From NCBI RefSeq assembly GCF_000092105.1, contig NC_014148.1:4770001-4802000 (forward strand): a stretch of DNA of 32,000 nucleotides, read 5' to 3'. This DNA is from Planctopirus limnophila DSM 3776. GTDB taxonomy: Bacteria; Planctomycetota; Planctomycetia; Planctomycetales; Planctomycetaceae. Made by a program: the position numbers and the translations under genes. Of the stretch, positions 17,795 through 29,828 are shown piece by piece; within the stretch, counting starts at the first letter, position 1; each line of letters opens with the position of its first letter. The notes beneath the pieces were generated by a model that was given only the letters and a program-made list of their open reading frames with translations, did not search any database and had not been told where the DNA came from.

Positions 17795-18721
17795 TTAGAA
17801 CTCACCTAGCGTTTCGCCACCGGCGCGTGTTCCCAGATTCTGAAACGTCGCACGATCAATGTTGTCCGAGATAAATCGAACGGCACCATCCGCCATCAGT
17901 ACGTGAGCACCACCGGTGTGCTGGCTGCGCGTGTAATTCTCGGAGTTAGTCCCACCTCCGTGAGAAACGCAAGGAGCGCGGGTATTGGTGGTCGACTTAC
18001 AGGTGTGAGCACGATCCACAACTGTTGTATTCGGAGGGTTCGCCGTCGAAAATCCATATGAACCCCAGTTGGCACCACCCCAGTACCAGCCGGCATCACC
18101 CCAGGCATCGCCAGTATTGCCCGAACGAATCAGGCATTCAGCTGCCATAATCGTGTTCGATGTCCCATCAGTCACATCGCGCATCTTGACACTCGAAATG
18201 TTCCAGAACATCCCGTTGAGGGGTGCGACTGTAGCCGAAATAGGATTCCCCATGGGCAGGCTGTTGTTCCCCGCGCAGACGACATAGTTTCCGTGGAAGC
18301 CTATCTGAGCACCGTTTCCCGAAAAAGCTCCACCGTTCGGATCCGATGGGCACATCAGAGCCGGGATCTTGACCTGCTTGATCGCATTCGAAACATCCTG
18401 CACATTGCGAATGTTGTTAATCACATTGTAGGTGTTGAACAATGGACCCTGATCCAGTTCGGGAAGAATCTGCTGCATCCAGCAATCGCGATTGAGCACA
18501 GTCGAGTTCAGATCGGTCGAACGCACCCCGTAAGGAAAGGTGCTGGCCCTGTCGTGGTAATTGTGGAAGGCCAGCCCCAACTGCTTCAGATTGTTGCGAC
18601 ACTGTGTTCTTCGAGCCGACTCCCGGGCCTGCTGGACTGCGGGCAGAAGGAGTGCAATTAAGATCGCAATAATCGCAATCACCACCAGCAATTCAATCAA
18701 AGTAAATCCACGCCGACGCAT
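17795..18721 (-). CDS. Prepilin-type N-terminal cleavage/methylation domain protein of the DUF1559 family with a C-terminal H-X9-DG motif (paralog of 15973-16974)
   Basis: [47 protein letters not shown] reads from the ATG at 18721, which I prefer to the start at 18823. The C-terminus is [22 protein letters not shown]. Confidence 0.93.
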   Translation of the reverse strand: MRRRGFTLIELLVVIAIIAILIALLLPAVQQARESARRTQCRNNLKQLGLAFHNYHDRASTFPYGVRSTDLNSTVLNRDCWMQQILPELDQGPLFNTYNVINNIRNVQDVSNAIKQVKIPALMCPSDPNGGAFSGNGAQIGFHGNYVVCAGNNSLPMGNPISATVAPLNGMFWNISSVKMRDVTDGTSNTIMAAECLIRSGNTGDAWGDAGWYWGGANWGSYGFSTANPPNTTVVDRAHTCKSTTNTRAPCVSHGGGTNSENYTRSQHTGGAHVLMADGAVRFISDNIDRATFQNLGTRAGGETLGEF

Positions 18722-19482
18722 GAGACATCTCCATGAAAAACGAAAAGTAAAATATGGACAATGCTTGATACAGCAAGTTTTATACCCCAGGGATGTAGAG
18801 AATATTGAATTGATTCCACGCACGAATCGTCGGAAAGTGCTGCACAGCGATTGATAGCATGCACCGTCAGTAGCGATTCACTGCTGAAGTTGTTTGCAGC
18901 AGTTCTCCATGCGAGGCAATCCGCTGCACGGAAAATTGGCAGTCGTATTCAGCTCAGTTGGCATTTGAGATTGCTGAAGGTCGGCAAATGCCGTCACTAG
19001 CGATAAAAATCTTCGTGCCATGGCGGGGTGCAAAGATCAACGCTTTGTACGATAAACGAGCCCCGTGGTAATCAGATTCATAGTGATCCGGAATCCAGGA
19101 TCGACGGATTCTCAACACTGATCGTTGGCTGCCACATCGAACCAGAGCCGGATCATAGTACTCCTCGAAAACCCTCGCCCGCGTCTGCGTGGGAGAGGGT
19201 GGCACGGAGTGCCGGGTGAGGGTCTTTTCCGCATGGATTTGTGCAGAAGTATCACTAAGCCCGACCGGACTCGGGTGGCTGGGGTCGAATGTCTTCATTC
19301 GCCCCCAGTTCAACGGAGATGACCAGCACAATGGCAACGGGAGCGTTCGTCAGGACTTCCCATCGAGATTGCCCTGCACAACCAACGGCCAAAAACCTGG
19401 GGGCAAACGCGGACGTTTGACCCCAGCCACTCATTCTCCAACATCAAGGCCGACTGGCGATGTCTTGCAGAGCCAACGGGGT

Positions 19483-20088
19483 CTATGTCCCACTCTTGAG
19501 CTGCTCGACCCGCAGTGCCTCGATCTTGCGAAGCAGGGCATTGACGTCGGCTTCTTCCAGAGTGCAGGTTCCCTGCCAGCGCAGGCGGCTCTCGCGATCA
19601 AACAGCAGCACCTGTGTCGCTCCTTCAGCAGCACCGTATTGGGTCTTGAGAATGTTCTCAAAGTCGAGCCACACGGGAAAATCGGGTGAGCCCTTTTTGA
19701 ATTGCTTGATGATCACGGGCCGCAATGGTTCTGGGATCTTGTCTCCCAGCAAAGCCACCGGAATGACAAACACTTCGGGTGATGGGCCGCGAGCACCGGC
19801 GACTGGCCGGACAGGAGCCTTGGCACTCTCTGCCGGCGGCAAACCTTCCGCCGTCGGATGAAATGCCAAGTGCAACTCTGTGCCTAGCTCTTTGGAGTTC
19901 TTCATCGCCTTACGGTCGCCATAAATGAGGACCGTCACGCCGTCTCCCGCAGCGCCGACGGCATGCTTCTCGCCGAACTGATCGACCAGCATGGGGAGAT
20001 CTTCAGCCCGGCCCGGCAGGATCATCCCACACCACAACCCCAGGCACAGCAGAGCCATAATCTTGTTGCAAGAGACTGAAGTTCTCAT
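19483..20088 (-). CDS. Secreted hypothetical protein, possibly thioredoxin-fold-like but lacking a CXXC motif
   Basis: The signal peptide MRTSVSCNKIMALLCLGLWCGMILPGRAEDL reads from the ATG at 20088. Codon usage resembles the neighbouring genes. I see no diagnostic catalytic motif. Confidence 0.65.
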   Translation of the reverse strand: MRTSVSCNKIMALLCLGLWCGMILPGRAEDLPMLVDQFGEKHAVGAAGDGVTVLIYGDRKAMKNSKELGTELHLAFHPTAEGLPPAESAKAPVRPVAGARGPSPEVFVIPVALLGDKIPEPLRPVIIKQFKKGSPDFPVWLDFENILKTQYGAAEGATQVLLFDRESRLRWQGTCTLEEADVNALLRKIEALRVEQLKSGT

Positions 20089-20419
20089 AGCCGATTCTCT
20101 GGAATGACTGCTTCCCGAAGTCCCACGACCCAGCAACCAGATATTCCACCCGCGAAGTGCGAGAAGTTCTCGTGCGGTGGAACAATGGGTCGTCCACGAT
20201 CATGAAATGTTGTAGTGCAGCCTTGCCTGAAACGACAATGGCAACTCGCGATGACCCCATGATCCAGCCGGGTTCGAACTCTCCACCCTGTTCATTTGAG
20301 CAATGAAATCGGCCCCGCAGTTGGTCGGAAGCTGCTGTCACGATAAACTTTCCTGACGAAAACCAGCGAGCAAATCTTTCAGAGTTCAGGACGAAATCGA
20401 GATCAGGGCGGAATACCGA

Positions 20420-23400
20420 GTGAGCGATAGTCCCTCTCTTCAGTCCTTAGTCCCCAGGCTTCGTCAGCACCCTGGGATACAGGCCATTCTCGAAAGTCTG
20501 AGGCAAGGCAACAGTGGCACCGTCGATGGTGCCTGGGGGTCAAGCTGCGCACTCACCACCGCCTGTGTGGCGACGTCCACATCCGGCCCCGTCATTGCCA
20601 TCCTGCCCCGAGCGCGCGACATCGAAGATTTCGCTGGCGATCTCACCAGCTTTCTGGGCCAGCCACCACTGGTATTCCCTGCCTGGGAATCACTTCCCAG
20701 CGAACAATCGACCAGCGACCCGATTCATGGCGAACGCCTGCGTCTGCTCAAACAACTCGAGAGCGAAGCTCCCCCCCAGCTCGTTCTGACATCGATAGCC
20801 GCCACCCTACAGCCCGTTCCCGCCCGGCAATCCCGCCAGAAGTCGATGCGTCGCTTTCGAGTGGGGGATGAACTCCCGCTCGAATCGACATCCGAATGGC
20901 TGATTTCTTTAGGCTTCGAGCGCGTGCTTTCGATCGAAACCCGCGGCGAATTCAGCATTCACGGCGGGATTGTCGATCTCTGGACAGCCGACCTCGAACA
21001 TCCCATCCGTATTGAACTCTTTGGCGATGAGATCGAATCGATCCGCACGTTCGATGTCGAATCTCAGCGAAAACTGGCAGATCTGAATGAGATCGAAGTG
21101 AGTGTGCTCGATCTTCGCCGCTTGCCGCAGGAGGAGATGCCCACATCGCTCGACGATCCCTTTCCGACCGAACATTTCTCCGGCAGCTGGCCGAAAAACA
21201 CGGTTGTCGTCCTCGTCGATCATGCCGATATCCGTCACGAAGCCCAGGCGTATCTCGAACGATTGGGCGACCGTCGCGGCATGTTTTCCAGCGAATCATC
21301 GCTGCAGAAGATGCTGCAGTTCCCTTCGCTGAATATCGCACCATTACTCGCCGATGGTTTTGATACGACCTGTCATCTGCAGGTTGAATCGGTCGAGAGG
21401 CTCACCGGCCCCAAAACCGAAGCCCTACGAGAACTCTGCACCATTCTGCAGCCCGATGAGCATGTCCTCCTGGCTTGTCATAATGCCGCCGCCATCGAGC
21501 GCATGCAGGAACTCCTGGATGGCCTCGAGGAAGCACAAAAACCCCGCATTCGCCTGTGCGAAGGGACCATTACGCGTGGCTTCCGCCTCACCTGGGAGCG
21601 GCTGGTTGTCCTTTCCGATCACGAACTGTTTGGCCGGGTCGAGGTCCGGCGGACTGCCACTCGCAGCAGACTCGAAACACGCGCCATCGACAGCTTCCTC
21701 GACCTCAACGAGGGAGATCTGGTCGTGCATCTGTCGCATGGCATCGGGCGATTTCTCGGGATGCAGATTCTCGCCAAAGGGGATCAGTCCGAAGAGCACA
21801 TGCACCTCGAATTCAAGGATGGTGCCAAACTCTTTGTCCCTGTCGCGCTGATCCATCTGGTGCAGAAGTATGTCGGCGGGCAGAAAACGGCTCCCGAACT
21901 TTCCAAGCTGGGCGGAACCGCCTGGGCTCAAAAGAAAAAACGCGTCGCGGAAGCCGTCACCGATATGGCGGCTGACATGCTCCGCCTGCAAGCCGAACGA
22001 GAATTGCAGCCGGGCATTGCCTTCCCCCCGGACAGCCACTGGATGGAAGAGTTCGAGGCCTCGTTTCCTTACATCGAAACGATCGATCAGTCAAAAGCCA
22101 TTCTCGATATCAAACGCGATATGGAACGCCCCCGGCCTATGGAAAGGCTCATTTGCGGCGATGTCGGCTTTGGTAAAACCGAAGTCGCCATGCGCGCTGC
22201 CTTCAAAGCAGTTGATGGCGGCAAGCAGGTCGCCGTCCTGGTCCCCACGACAGTCCTGGCAGAACAGCATTATCGCAGCTTCAGCAGCCGCTTTGCTGAG
22301 TTCCCGATCAACATTGGTCAGCTTTCCCGCTTCCGCACGAAGACCGAGCAGAAGCTGACACTTAGCGGGTTGATGGATGGCTCGGTGGATCTCGTCATTG
22401 GTACGCATCGACTGGTTCAATCCGATGTCCACTTCAAAGATCTCGGCCTGCTGATCATTGATGAAGAGCAGCGATTTGGTGTAGAAGCGAAAGAGCGGCT
22501 CAAAAAGCTGCGCACTCAGACCGATATTCTCACGTTGAGTGCGACACCCATCCCGCGAACATTGCATCTCTCGCTCATTGGTGTACGCGATATCTCGAAT
22601 CTCGAAACTCCACCACAAGATCGCATGGCGATTGAAACTCGCATCTGCCGGTTTGATCCGACCCTTATCCGGCAGGCGATCGTTCGCGAACTCAATCGAG
22701 GCGGGCAGATCTACTTCGTCCATAACCGCGTTTACAACATTCAGACGATGGCCGAGCGTATTCGTTCGATTGTGCCCGAAGCGCAGGTCGGTGTGGTGCA
22801 TGGCCAGATGAACGAACACGAAATGGAAGAGGCGATGCTCGGATTCGTCCGTGGCGATCTCGATGTCCTCGTGGCAACCACAATCATCGAAAGTGGCCTC
22901 GATATCCCCAATGCGAACACGATTTTCATCAATCAGGCCGAGCATTATGGCCTTGCGGAAATGCACCAGCTTCGCGGCCGCGTGGGCCGATACAAACACC
23001 GCGCCTATTGCTACCTGATGGTCGAAGAAGGGAAAATCCTCTCACCTCAAGCCACCAAACGGCTCAAGGCGATTGAAGAATTCAGCGAGCTGGGTGCTGG
23101 TTTTAAAATCTCGATGCGTGATCTCGAAATCCGCGGGGCCGGGAATATCCTCGGGACGGAACAGAGCGGGCATATCGCCATCGTGGGTTATGAACTCTAC
23201 TGCCAGCTTCTTGAAAATGCCGTCCGTGCTCTCAAACGGGAACCTCTCAAAGAACATCGGCATGTCGATGTCGATCTCCCCATCTCGGCATTCATCCCCA
23301 GTGAATACGTTCCGCCGGGCCGATTAAAGATCGAGATGTATCGGAAGCTGTCGCAGGTCGTTTCGATGGAAGAACTGCGTCAGTACGAAACCGAGATCAA

Positions 23401-23731
23401 GGATCGCTTTGGCCCGGTTCCCAAGCCTGCCCAGCGGATGATCGACCTGCGGGAAATTCAGCTCCTGGCCAGCCGATGGTCGATTGATCGAATTCACCTC
23501 GAAGGGGGCTACTGTGTCTTCAGTTATCGCCTCCCTCGCAAAATCGAAAAGCTGGCTCAGGAAACCCCTTTCACACTTCGGGTCGTCGATGACCGCCAGG
23601 CGCATCTCGTTCTTCCCCGTGGCTACGAGACCGGCCTCAAGCTGCTCAGGCTCGTTCGCAAAGTGCTCGATCCCGCGGGGGAATTTGCTCCCCGCAAAGG
23701 AGAAGACACGGCACAGGTTGCCGCCGAGTAA
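20420..23731 (+). CDS. mfd: Transcription-repair coupling factor Mfd
   Basis: 1103 aa with a GTG start. The CarD/TRCF-type RNAP-interaction domain is [16 protein letters not shown]. Superfamily-2 helicase motifs are [35 protein letters not shown] and [10 protein letters not shown]-terminal TRCF domain is present. Confidence 0.96.
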   Translation: MSDSPSLQSLVPRLRQHPGIQAILESLRQGNSGTVDGAWGSSCALTTACVATSTSGPVIAILPRARDIEDFAGDLTSFLGQPPLVFPAWESLPSEQSTSDPIHGERLRLLKQLESEAPPQLVLTSIAATLQPVPARQSRQKSMRRFRVGDELPLESTSEWLISLGFERVLSIETRGEFSIHGGIVDLWTADLEHPIRIELFGDEIESIRTFDVESQRKLADLNEIEVSVLDLRRLPQEEMPTSLDDPFPTEHFSGSWPKNTVVVLVDHADIRHEAQAYLERLGDRRGMFSSESSLQKMLQFPSLNIAPLLADGFDTTCHLQVESVERLTGPKTEALRELCTILQPDEHVLLACHNAAAIERMQELLDGLEEAQKPRIRLCEGTITRGFRLTWERLVVLSDHELFGRVEVRRTATRSRLETRAIDSFLDLNEGDLVVHLSHGIGRFLGMQILAKGDQSEEHMHLEFKDGAKLFVPVALIHLVQKYVGGQKTAPELSKLGGTAWAQKKKRVAEAVTDMAADMLRLQAERELQPGIAFPPDSHWMEEFEASFPYIETIDQSKAILDIKRDMERPRPMERLICGDVGFGKTEVAMRAAFKAVDGGKQVAVLVPTTVLAEQHYRSFSSRFAEFPINIGQLSRFRTKTEQKLTLSGLMDGSVDLVIGTHRLVQSDVHFKDLGLLIIDEEQRFGVEAKERLKKLRTQTDILTLSATPIPRTLHLSLIGVRDISNLETPPQDRMAIETRICRFDPTLIRQAIVRELNRGGQIYFVHNRVYNIQTMAERIRSIVPEAQVGVVHGQMNEHEMEEAMLGFVRGDLDVLVATTIIESGLDIPNANTIFINQAEHYGLAEMHQLRGRVGRYKHRAYCYLMVEEGKILSPQATKRLKAIEEFSELGAGFKISMRDLEIRGAGNILGTEQSGHIAIVGYELYCQLLENAVRALKREPLKEHRHVDVDLPISAFIPSEYVPPGRLKIEMYRKLSQVVSMEELRQYETEIKDRFGPVPKPAQRMIDLREIQLLASRWSIDRIHLEGGYCVFSYRLPRKIEKLAQETPFTLRVVDDRQAHLVLPRGYETGLKLLRLVRKVLDPAGEFAPRKGEDTAQVAAE

Positions 23732-23828
23732 CCCAATGAAAACGTCGCCAGGTCAACCGGCTCTGTCTTTAATCACCAGCATGCGATAGTTTGGAATCAA
23801 ATCGACAATAACATGGAGCAGCCTTAAC

Positions 23829-24893
23829 ATGATGAATACATCGCTTGGTAACAAAAGACACTGGGCATTCCTCCCGGCCATGATCTGCCTCGCCAGTCTG
23901 GGTCTTGTGCATGAGGCGATGGCTCAGCCCGCCAGCGAAGCGACATTTCTTTCCAATCAGCGACAGGTGAGCTTCGGCCTACCACGCGCTGGCGAAGGAT
24001 ATTTCTCTCCCGATGGCCAGTGGATTGTCTATCAGGCCTATCCCGTCGGCTATCCGTTCTATCAGATCTATGTGCAGAAGCTCGACGAAAAGACCCCCAG
24101 GCTTTTAAGTACCGGGCGCGGCCGCACCACCTGTGCGTACTTCACCCCCGATCAAAAGCGGATTCTTTTTGCTTCGGCCCATACCGATCCCGCAATCGAC
24201 CTCACAGAGAAGAAAGCCCGCGACGAAGCGGCTCAAGGGGGCCGCCGCCGCTATCAATGGGATTTCGACCCTCACATGGATCTCTACACCATCAACTTCG
24301 ATGGCACAGGGATGCAGCGATTGACCGATACTCCCGGTTACGATGCCGAAGGAAGCTATTCGGCAGATGGCAAGCAGATTGTCTTCACTTCCAACCGCGA
24401 TGGCGATGCTGATCTTTACCTGATGAATGCTGATGGCTCGAATATCCGCCAGTTGACCAATACGCCCGGCTACGATGGCGGCCCGTTCTTTTCACCCGAT
24501 GGCCAGTGGGTCATCTTCCGCAGTGATCGCGAAAAGGAGCACATGCTCCAACTCTATGCGATTTCGGTCGATGGCAAGCATGAAGTGCAGCTCACCAAAA
24601 ACCTCGACGAGGTCAACTGGTGCCCCTATTTCCATCCCGATGGCAAGTCGCTCATCTGGTCGCGGGCCGATTACTCGAAAGGCCCCGCCAGTGCCAAGTT
24701 CAAACTCTGGTGGATGCCGATTGAAACCACCAGCACCACCTTCACGGCGGGCACTCCCCGGCAAATCACGTTTGGTGATGCGACCGATGTCCTCCCCGTC
24801 TTCAGCCCCGATGGAAAACAACTTCTCTGGACCTCCACCCGCGGCTCCGACGCCACCAGCCAACTCTGGCTCGCCGACTGGAAAACCCCCTGA
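23829..24893 (+). CDS. Secreted TolB-like beta-propeller protein with PD40/WD40-like repeats
   Basis: A signal peptide is present. Repeated F/YSPDG-type blades include YFSPDGQWIVYQA, YSADGKQIVFTSNRDG, FFSPDGQWVIFRSDR, YFHPDGKSLIWSR and VFSPDGKQLLWTSTRG. Confidence 0.85.
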   Translation: MMNTSLGNKRHWAFLPAMICLASLGLVHEAMAQPASEATFLSNQRQVSFGLPRAGEGYFSPDGQWIVYQAYPVGYPFYQIYVQKLDEKTPRLLSTGRGRTTCAYFTPDQKRILFASAHTDPAIDLTEKKARDEAAQGGRRRYQWDFDPHMDLYTINFDGTGMQRLTDTPGYDAEGSYSADGKQIVFTSNRDGDADLYLMNADGSNIRQLTNTPGYDGGPFFSPDGQWVIFRSDREKEHMLQLYAISVDGKHEVQLTKNLDEVNWCPYFHPDGKSLIWSRADYSKGPASAKFKLWWMPIETTSTTFTAGTPRQITFGDATDVLPVFSPDGKQLLWTSTRGSDATSQLWLADWKTP

Positions 24894-24953
24894 TCATCCA
24901 ACACCCTGCGATTTCGTATGCCGTCATCATCCGCAAAGAGCACCCAGCCGTAG

Positions 24954-24970
24954 GGTCCGCTGTGCGGACC
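24954..24970 (+). terminator. Candidate terminator hairpin after the TolB-like gene
   Basis: ggtccgc-tgt-gcggacc, a perfect 7-bp GC-rich stem 61 nt after the stop. There is no U-tract. Confidence 0.3.
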
Positions 24971-25025
24971 ATGTTCCACCCGCCACCCTCGCCCACGCCC
25001 TCGGGAAGTCTTCTTGGTGGAAAGC

Positions 25026-25141
25026 AGGGTGGCCCAGACGTGGCTTTGCACGTTTGGGTGACGATCGTCATAAGAAACACTCTGCGAAACACGGCTTAGT
25101 GCCCATGACTCCGTGGGTTTGTTCCGCAGCAGCGATAATCG
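25026..25141 (+). repeat. About 116-nt structured direct repeat, copy 1 (left flank of the two-gene cassette)
   Basis: It aligns without gaps to 26316-26431 at a constant offset of 1290 nt, with about 12 mismatches by hand count. It contains hairpin cccagacgtg/cacgtttggg (25033-25058), palindrome tgacgatcgtca and inverted arms ctgcgaaaca (25082-25091) and tgttccgcag (25120-25129). Confidence 0.88.
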
Positions 25142-25202
25142 CTCTTCGCCAGAGATGAAAGCTGTGATACGAAGAATGAAGTCTTGATTGGCTTATCTGC
25201 GG

Positions 25203-25613
25203 TCACTGCATGTTGTGCAGCACGGAATCAAAAAAAGACTCAAACGAGTCAAACCGTTTCTCTGGGCGACGATCGCCTTCCATGAAGTAGAACACGGCAC
25301 CATCCTGAAAGTAATAGAACTGGTATCCCTGGTGCATTGTGAAAACGAACGCACTCGATGAAAGCGGTTCGAGTCCAGCTTCGGCCAAAAGTTCCTCGGC
25401 TGCTTCCCTCACGCCTTCTAAGTCCTTAAAGGTGAAGTCGCTCCCTCGCAAGAAGTCGTCAACGCCATTGCCAGCGGCCTCCATAAATTGGAGATACGTT
25501 GATGGCAGGTGCCCTTCCGTCTGTTCAGCCAGTGCTGCAATCTGATCGGCAGAGCAACCATGCGCCTTGCGATGCGAAACATATGTCTTCAGTTTGTCGC
25601 CGAAACTGCTCAT
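25203..25613 (-). CDS. SMI1/KNR4 (SUKH-1 superfamily) immunity-type protein
   Basis: 136 aa. The pattern ADQIAALAEQTEGHLPSTYLQFMEAAGNG, then a hydrophobic-aromatic core FVFTMHQGYQFYYFQDGAVFYFMEG, then SFESFFDSVL follows the SUKH layout. This call is by eye only. Confidence 0.6.
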   Translation of the reverse strand: MSSFGDKLKTYVSHRKAHGCSADQIAALAEQTEGHLPSTYLQFMEAAGNGVDDFLRGSDFTFKDLEGVREAAEELLAEAGLEPLSSSAFVFTMHQGYQFYYFQDGAVFYFMEGDRRPEKRFDSFESFFDSVLHNMQ

Positions 25614-25894
25614 GGCGTTCCATCTCTTGGGATCAGGAGGACATTTGGAAACATCTCATGAAATTGAGCAATTACATCTAAGATGTAGCACAGGTTGGCC
25701 GTTGCGGGCGTCCTTGGCGCAGGAGGCAGAGTGCGCCTTCGTTGGAAAGTGAAAGTCTAGTAAGTCTCATTGTCAAGGTTGGCTCACTTCTTTTAAGAGT
25801 GACTCAAGAAAAGAAGAGCTACTCGGGTAGGTTTTTAGTCCTTACCTTTTTAATTGTTCCGAAGACCATCTATAGTGTCTATGCCTATCTGTAT

Positions 25895-26212
25895 TTAATG
25901 GTTCTCAACGTCGTCGCCTTGCTCGTATAAATCGTATGAAACGCCATCGACTTGACCAGAGGCCAAAGGCTTGCCAGGTATTGTGTTCTCGTATTCCTGA
26001 AATATCTGGGACACTGACTTGTTATTTAGGTTCTCGTAAGCTCCTTCCAGGTCATAAAGTGCAAAGTAATGTCTGAAAATAGAGCCAAGTTTCCTTCGTG
26101 AAGTTATGGATAATTGTGTCCCAGCCAAGTTCACGGATTCGACGATTTGTTTCCATGTTTCACATGAAATCATGACCTCTTCTTCTTTAGAACTAGAATC
26201 TCTATGTGACAT
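25895..26212 (-). CDS. Small acidic hypothetical protein (105 aa) in an AT-rich segment
   Basis: The ATG at 26212 is preceded by a strong ggaggaagg Shine-Dalgarno 6-7 nt upstream, which is unusual for this window. The longest ORF starts with TTG at 26236. A sampled line is about 42% GC. The C-terminus is acidic (YDLYEQGDDVENH). Confidence 0.6.
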   Translation of the reverse strand: MSHRDSSSKEEEVMISCETWKQIVESVNLAGTQLSITSRRKLGSIFRHYFALYDLEGAYENLNNKSVSQIFQEYENTIPGKPLASGQVDGVSYDLYEQGDDVENH

Positions 26213-26315
26213 GAAAACCTTCCTCCGTTCATACAAGCGGATACGACGCCAATTTTCTCATCATTGTACACAATTGATATACCAAATGTGTTTTGTCGTT
26301 TACGCCATAATGGCA

Positions 26316-26431
26316 AGGGTGGCCCAGACGTGGCTTTGCACGTCTGGGTGACGATCGTCACAAGAAACACTCTGCGAAACACGGCTTTGTCCCCATGTCC
26401 CCATGGATTTGTTTCGCAGGAGCGATGATTG
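26316..26431 (+). repeat. About 116-nt structured direct repeat, copy 2 (right flank of the two-gene cassette)
   Basis: This is the partner of 25026-25141. It contains a perfect 10-bp hairpin cccagacgtg-gctttg-cacgtctggg, a perfect 14-nt palindrome gtgacgatcgtcac, and perfect 10-nt inverted arms ctgcgaaaca (26372-26381) and tgtttcgcag (26410-26419). Confidence 0.88.
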
Positions 26432-26519
26432 TTGGCCATTGGTTAGAGACCAGGACCACACTCCGATGAAGTCATTCGTTAATCGCACACCAGATACGTT
26501 CGAGTTCCCCTCATCCCGG

Positions 26520-26545
26520 CCTTCTCCCGTCGGAACGGGAGAAGG
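26520..26545 (-). terminator. Candidate leuS terminator hairpin
   Basis: ccttctcccg-tcggaa-cgggagaagg, a perfect 10-bp stem 30 nt downstream of the leuS stop on the minus strand. There is no obvious U-tract. Confidence 0.5.
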
Positions 26546-26574
26546 GGTAAGAACGCCTGCTTGTTCAAGCGGCG

Positions 26575-29385
<2,811 letters not shown>

Positions 29386-29565
29386 AATGAATCAAACCAG
29401 CTGAAAGAGGGTGAATCAATGATCACAAAGTCCTGAACCAGAGCCACCAGTTTAGACCCCGCCAACCATTCCCGCCACGAACCCACCCTCCCTCGTCTTA
29501 ACTTCACCATTTTCCCGCTGCGTGCCCTGATTACGTCACACCTTTGTCGAGTGTCGGGTCGCGTC

Positions 29566-29597
29566 GTGCCATGCTCACGGCTCGGAGTGAGCATGCC
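29566..29597 (-). repeat. REP-like hairpin element, reverse orientation
   Basis: gtgc-catgctcac(29570-29578)-ggctcgga-gtgagcatg(29587-29595)-cc. The reverse complement of 29566-29596 is identical to 14675-14705 over 31 nt. Confidence 0.85.
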
Positions 29598-29828
29598 ATA
29601 CTTATATGTCATCCTGTTCCAGAAGAAGCCAGAAAACACGCGGGCTCAAAGCTTCATGCATGTTGCGCTTTTCGTGCCATAAGCCTCCCTTCCGGCCCAG
29701 ATTCCTGTGTGATTGTCACTTCCATCGTGCCTATCAGATCTGATCAGGGAGAGCGTCAACTGGTCATCACCCGGGAAAGCACCGGATCGAACAGTTGCCA
29801 TCCAATTCTCGAAAAAGGAGCCCGATCC

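Noticed and set aside
17040-18870. Scattered GGTGCAT/ATGCACC heptamers upstream of both DUF1559 genes as a shared operator
   Set aside because: A given 7-mer is expected about four times by chance on both strands of a 32 kb window. Spacing and orientation are not conserved between the two upstream regions.
20003-20341. 112-aa minus-strand ORF in the mfd upstream region, containing a gggttcgaactc string reminiscent of a tRNA T-loop
   Set aside because: The ORF overlaps the signal-peptide start of the 19483-20088 gene out of frame and has no motifs. The T-loop-like string lacks complementary T-stem arms and any acceptor or anticodon structure.
21425-22999. Two long minus-strand ORFs (204 aa and 302 aa) inside mfd
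   Set aside because: Both are antisense to a full-length Mfd reading frame rich in conserved motifs. They are shadow ORFs.
24475-25158. 227-aa plus-strand ORF, plus the minus-strand ORFs sharing FRRVFL.TIVTQTCKATSGPP
   Set aside because: The first overlaps the TolB-like gene out of frame. The shared peptide comes from translating the 116-nt direct repeat, and the reading frames are not maintained outside the repeat.
25026-26431. Possible integron cassette with attC sites
   Set aside because: The repeat arms (gcgaaac and gtttcgc) do not fit the RYYYAAC/GTTRRRY core sites. Two genes share one pair of repeats with a 280-nt spacer between them, and no intI is in the window. I kept it as an unexplained repeat-flanked cassette instead.
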